Of a DNA stretch of 64,000 bases, positions 58,901 through 64,000 are shown piece after piece. Below the pieces are notes generated by a model. It did no database searches. It was not told the origin of the DNA and saw only the letters and a list, made by a program, of their open reading frames with translations. Origin of the DNA: Macrostomum lignano (lineage: Eukaryota). The translations under genes were made by a program, and so were the position numbers. The stretch spans positions 139,788 to 203,787 of the forward strand of contig NIVC01002120.1 in the NCBI GenBank assembly GCA_002269645.1, given 5' to 3'. Position 1 is the first letter of the stretch; each line of letters begins with the position of its first letter.

Positions 58901-61282
58901 CTGCGGGGCAGACCCATAGAAATTTTTCTGGTTTCCAAGATATTATTGACTTATAGGGAATAAACACATACCGTACAAGCTCAAATTTGAGTTCAAAGTT
59001 CGAGCTCAAATCCTAGATATTTAAACATCGCCACATGAGCACGGAGTCACAACATAGTTTGAATATAATGGAAAGCGCACGTAAATAAGCGAAAAGCGGT
59101 ATCCAACGGGGCAACACGAGCAAACTTTCAATACGCTAATTGGGAGGGGATTAAGCAATCACAGGCTGACTACCATTCTGCCACTCAGCGGGGGTCAAAC
59201 GGGAGACTAACTCCTAATAAATAAATTTTCTCAGTCCTATAATCTTTAATGACATGACACGGCTTCACACATGGGCTCCAAGGCCTCCATGCTCCTTCCA
59301 GTGATTTTTTTAGAATAGTCTGGCTCTTAGCAAAGACAGCGCACTGCCCCCATCCACCAGAAGGTGGGTGGGCACATTCTTGATTGGATACTCTACAACA
59401 ATATCTCTCCCACGTTGCCTTCTAGCTGGCCTCAGCTGGTACAAGTCGGGCACTTTTTCAAACATAGGCTTCTTTCCTATGTTTGCTATCTATCTTTCCT
59501 ATCTTTTCTTCTTTCCTAAGGGGAGAGAGTGGAGACCAGAGATAAATGAGAAGAGAGAGCAAAGATGAAAGAGAAGAGAGGTGAGGGAAGATCGACGAGA
59601 GAAGATGGGAGAGAGGAGATAGGAAAGAAGAGAAGAGAAGAGAGAGAGAGAAGAGAGAGAGAGAGGAAACAAAAGAGAAGATAGAAGTTTCAAAGGATCC
59701 GAGGGACATAGAGAGACAGCAGGCCAGAGATTTTGCCGATACATGTTTTCGAAAGACAAGTTTTTGTTCGAGTATGATTTCAGATTTTAGAACTAGATAT
59801 AAGCTGAGCTGAGAGAGAAGATGAAAGTAGAGGCTGAGAGTAGAGAGAGGCTGAGAGCAGAGAGGGGCTGAGAGCAGAGAGGGGCTGAGAGTAGAGAGGG
59901 GCTGAGAGCAGAGAGGGGCTGAGAGTAGAGAGAGGCTGAGAGCAGAGAGGGCTGAGAGCCGAGAGGGGCTGAGAGTAGAGAGGGCTGGGGATAGAGGTTG
60001 AGAGTGGATAGAGGCTGAGAGTAGAGAGAGGCTGAGAGTGGAGAGGCTGAGAATAGAGAGGTTGAGAGTAGATAGAGGCTGAGAGTAGAGAGGTTGAGAG
60101 TAGAGAGGCTAGTTCACGTTGTTCTCAATCCCATTCCACTATACATGTAGTTTTTATCTAATGTGACTAAGCCAGGTGCTTTTAGTGCAGGGGTTGGCAA
60201 ACTTTTTACCTCGATTGAGAACCCAGCTCATGACTGCCCTTCTAGTCCGCTTCGTTGGCCCCCAAAGCGAAGCGAGGAGTCCTGATGACAGAGCGGGCCA
60301 GAGATGAGGAGAGAGGGTAAGGAATAGAGAAGAGAAATACAAGCATAGGATAAAGGAGAGGCAAAGGAATAAAGGAGAAGAGAGTTGATGAGAGGAGAGA
60401 TTAAATACGAGCGGAGAGAGAGGAGAAGGGAGATTAATGGAGAGGAGAAAGGAGGAAAAGGAGAAGAGAATGAAGAGGAAAAGGAAGATGAGAGCAAAGA
60501 GGTGAGGAGAGAGAGGAGAGAGGAGAGGAGAGAGGAGGAGAGAGGTGGGAGAGGAGAGAGGAGAGGGCAGAGATGAGAGAGAGAAAAGATGAGAGGAGAG
60601 GGCAGACATGAGAGAGAAAAGATGAGAGAAGAGGGCAGACATGAGAGAGAGAATAGATGAGAGAGGAGAGGGCAAGAGATGAGAGAGGAGAGGGCAGAGA
60701 TGAGAGAGAGAGAGAGAGAAAAGATTAGAGACGAGAGGGCTGAGATGACAGAGAAAAGATGAGAGACAAGGGCAGACATGAGAGAGAGAATAGATGAGAG
60801 AAGAGAGGGCAAGAGATGAGAGAGGAGAGGGCAGAGATGAGAGAGAGAAAAGATAAGAGACGAGAGTGCAGAGATGAGAGAAAAGATGAGAGACAAGAGG
60901 GCACTCCAATTTTTGCTTACTTCTATCATAACTAATACCTTTACACTCTACCTTTAACTTTTAACATATACAAAAAACATGTCAGTTTTAGTATATTGAG
61001 ATAGGTTTGAAACTATTATCTATGATACAAAAATTAAATGTCTTGTGCTAGTAGTGCTACTAGCTTTAGTACGTAGTAATACCTGCTGTAAAGGGAAGTG
61101 TTTTTTGTTTTACTTAGTCTAATTTCACCAACGAAATCTGTTTTCTCCAAGACTTGAAGCTATGTCATACCCCACCCCAATCACAGCCAATAGGAAATGA
61201 GGAAATATATAGACCTATTCCTATCCAAGCAGCCATTCAGAGCTGTGGCCATCTTGGTGTGTGGCCATCTTGGTCATGCGCC
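55959..61282. mobile_element. TIR DNA transposon, Mutator/Phantom-like, carrying a PHD plus FLYWCH-like ORF
   Basis: Perfect 34-bp inverted core ACCAAGATGGCCACACACCAAGATGGCCACAGCT (55967-56000 and 61241-61274), GG termini, 8-bp TSD TTAGACTT (55951-55958 and 61283-61290). Confidence 0.78.
56366..57172 (+). CDS. PHD finger plus FLYWCH/WRKY-like zinc finger protein, probable transposase N-terminus
   Basis: CVVC...CSQCLNWQHRAC...CNQC (C4HC3) and GKDLL...YYRCTKC...C...HTC. No DDE catalytic domain visible downstream. Confidence 0.72.
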   Translation: MAGAYPCVVCLQPVCDGQEAIECSQCLNWQHRACDSRVTIDQYSAMRNVGEFFCLCNQCNRRAPAGNLAVSQAADAAVVHVQAPNSGPAAVSLPAENPEPVQLIPAQAENFLYQYPDFNDPDPALEESIQIPLAELALPRSPPPQPFEILTGAGCSHGKDLLVQYAQRDLGHLMDAKTRRNGNTYYRCTKCLSLHCHGSAVCRTDGTIEALAPHTCDPVDRPAQKRKAAKEVKEGAKRMLFHVIYPCHPYLIAISDHNELKKPKNLHT

Positions 61283-62192
61283 TTAGACTTAATACCTCAG
61301 ACATAATAGGCCCATATAGCTATATTATATAGACCTAATTATTACTAATATATAGACCTAATTAATACATAATACATAGACTAAGTCTAACATGAATGAT
61401 GAAATTTCATCAGTTTCCTTCTGGCATAACTCTAAGTGTGAAATGGACTATGGGAATTAGGTGTAGGCCTATTTATACAAAAAGCCAATTTATTATTTAT
61501 GATTTATTTGAAATCAAAAATAAGGACAAAGGTTTTATAGCATTTTCATTTAACTTATTAGCTAAGATTCACTCAAAATATACTCAAAAATGGTTGGCAA
61601 ACTACTACTACTATTCATTACTTTTAGCCTTTGGCTTTGTCTTTGTTGAAACTTTAACAAAGAAGTATAAAGATCCCTTTTATTGAATGCATTTTTAAAG
61701 ATAGAGCTAAAAAATAAGAACTAGGCCTAAACTTTAAATTTCCATTTGAACCATTGGGAGACAAATTTGTTACAACCAGGATGTTACAGCTGACGCTGAG
61801 ATATTAGAAAATAAAATCATAGTAGCCATTGAGTCATTGACTTAAAATGGTGATTTTACTGATCTACCTTTTGAAACTAGGCCTATTTAATTGATAATTT
61901 AATAAATTTCCACTAGCTTGCCTTTTGCAAATAACATACTTGATATACTTAGTAGAATATACTGACTAAAGGATAAGAATACAAGACTATTGAAAATAGT
62001 AATCTAATGTAGGTATCATTTCATTGCCTTCCTTGGTAAATACTAAATAGTGTTTTTTATGTTAACTACCCGCATAGAAAATTGAAGCCATATTCCTAAA
62101 GTACAGGAAATACGCATTTGTTTCCCCATTGATATTCGCATTGATATTCGAATTTTAACAAAAGCAAAATACTAAAAGCAACCCGTAGCATG

Positions 62193-62875
62193 AAACTTTA
62201 CACAGAGTAAACTGCAACCGCGAAACGACTATTGGTCAAGTTTCAGCTCGATATGTAACTTTGGCTCTGAGCAGGAGCGATTTTCGATGTGTTCCATTTA
62301 AAATACATGTGATTCCAAAATTCGTATTGATATTCGAGTACAGGTACTTCTGCTTCACTGATCTTGACGAAACTTTACACAGAGTAAACTGCAACCGTGA
62401 AACGACTATTGTCAAGTTTCAGCTCGATATGTAACTTTGGCTCTGAGCAGGAGCGATTTTCGATGTGTTCCATTTAAAATACATGTGATTCCAAAATTCG
62501 TATTGATATTCGAGTACAGGTACTTCTGCTTCACTGATCTTGACGAAACTTTACACAGAGTAAACTGCAACCGTGAAACGACTATTGGTCAAGTTTCAGC
62601 TCGATATGTAACTTTGGCTCTGAGCAGGAGCGATTTTCGATGTGTTCCATTTAAAATACATGAGATTCCAAAATTCATATTGATATTCGAGTACAGGTAC
62701 TTCTGCTTCACTGATCTTGACAAAACTTTACACAGAGTAAACTGCAACCGTGAAACGACTATTGGTCAAGTTTCAGCTCGATATGTAACTTTGGCTCTGA
62801 GCAGGAGCGATTTTCGATGTGTTCCATTTAAAATACATGTGATTCCAAAATTCATATTGATATTCGAGTACAGGT
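62193..62875. repeat. 177-bp tandem repeat (about 3.9 units), last unit cut by the LINE
   Basis: AAACTTTACACAGAG at 62193, 62370, 62546 and 62723. Confidence 0.95.
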
Positions 62876-64000
62876 GGAGGAGATGGCGCAACGTGACACA
62901 GTGGTCATTCTCGGAGACCTGAACGCAGTTCTGCGTAGGTCCGAGCGATCGCTGTTTGTGACAGCTCGCGAGAACGGCAACACCGGAGCGCTAGAGGACT
63001 TCCTGGAGAGAGAGGACATGGTGTCGGCCAACACCAGATTCCGCAAGTCACCGGGCAGGCTCGCGACCTTCGTCGGCTGCAAGCAGAGGCGGCGGAACGC
63101 ACGCGGCCGGAACGCTACGCGGAGGCTGGCACAGCTCGACCACGTGCTTATGCGCTTTCGTGAGTGCCGCCGCGTCACCAACTGCCGCACCATTACGCCG
63201 CTGGCTCTGCTGTCCGACCATCGGCTGCTCATCTGCGACCTTCGGCTTCGGGACCCGCTCTACCGTCCGCCAAAGCGGCCACCGCGGCGCTACTACCGCG
63301 CGCTCAGGGACGCCGAGACGCGGCGTCGCTTTGCCGGTGTCTTTTTCACTGCGCTGGGCGACAAGCGTGGAGGAGCCGAGTACGCGGAGGTGAGCGCTGC
63401 AGTTCGAGCCGCTGCGGAGCAAGCAGTCCCGCTGATGCGACGCGCCCAGCGCGGGCAGCCGGTCTGGCAGGACGACCCGCGATCGACGAAGCGAGGGAAG
63501 ATCTGGAGAGGCTCCGTCTGAGTGGGCGGCAAACTCGCGAGGCGGAGGAGGCTCTGGCGGCTGTCTACCTGCAGCGGCAGCAGTCCGCTGTCGATGACGC
63601 CATCCAAGCCGTCTCTGCCGCAGGGCCCGATGCCAGAGGGCGCGTGGCCTGGTCGTCATCAACACTCTGACGGGGCGAAAGCGGCGCATCGCGCTCAACC
63701 AAGCAGGCGACATTCCGGATGAGCGCAGGAACGAGCTGCGCGAGTTCTTCGCCGCCATTGTCAACGCGCCGCCCCCTCCGCTTCCAGAAAATCTGAGGCT
63801 GCCGCCGGAGACGCGTTGCGGCGGAGGAGAGCTTCAACGTTGCCCAGTCAGCACAGCCGACGTTGTGAAGTTCGCTCGGCAGTCGCCGGCGCAAAGCGCT
63901 TGGTCCAGACGAGGTGCCCACCGAGGCGCTGCGGATCGACTGCGTGGCCACTGAGGTCGCCCAGAGTGATGAACCGCGTGCTTTCCGGTGAGGTGGCGCC
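62874..64000 (+). mobile_element. 5'-truncated, frameshifted APE-type non-LTR retrotransposon (RTE-like), continues off the window
   Basis: ILGDLNA, SANTRFRK, QLDHVL, LSDHRLL (C-terminal half of APE) and KALGPDEVPTEALR near 63890 (start of the RT region). Several indels. Confidence 0.8.

Noticed and set aside
60188-60210. hAT/Charlie-like terminus CAGGGGTTGGCAAAC
   Set aside because: No matching inverted end or TSD was found in the window.

Overview
Eukaryotic (animal) genomic DNA, not prokaryotic. GC-rich Ala/Arg-rich exons, minisatellite-filled introns and AT-rich intergenic DNA resemble a flatworm such as Macrostomum; the organism is an inference only. Three spliced host genes lie on the minus strand: a Fat-like protocadherin (8 exons here, runs off the left edge), a type I diacylglycerol kinase (4 exons) and a neurocalcin/hippocalcin-type calcium sensor (2 exons). 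Mobile DNA includes a 5'-truncated Penelope-like element (SGNH-like ORF, RT, GIY-YIG, hammerhead motif, 127-bp flanking duplication), a full-length LOA-like LINE with RNase H and a 13-bp TSD nested in a decayed BEL/Pao element, two Mutator-like TIR elements, a foldback element, a tRNA-derived element and a truncated APE-type LINE at the right edge. The most notable signals are: (i) a possible -1 programmed frameshift (A AAA AAC plus GC hairpin) joining a catalytically degenerate SGNH ORF to the Penelope RT; (ii) an inverted pair of minimal hammerhead ribozymes inside a satellite; (iii) intronic minisatellites whose units are sense or antisense copies of the adjacent 5' splice site. Several single-base indels in otherwise intact ORFs suggest assembly error, which is a caveat for every frameshift claim. 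All splice sites and structures were read by eye.
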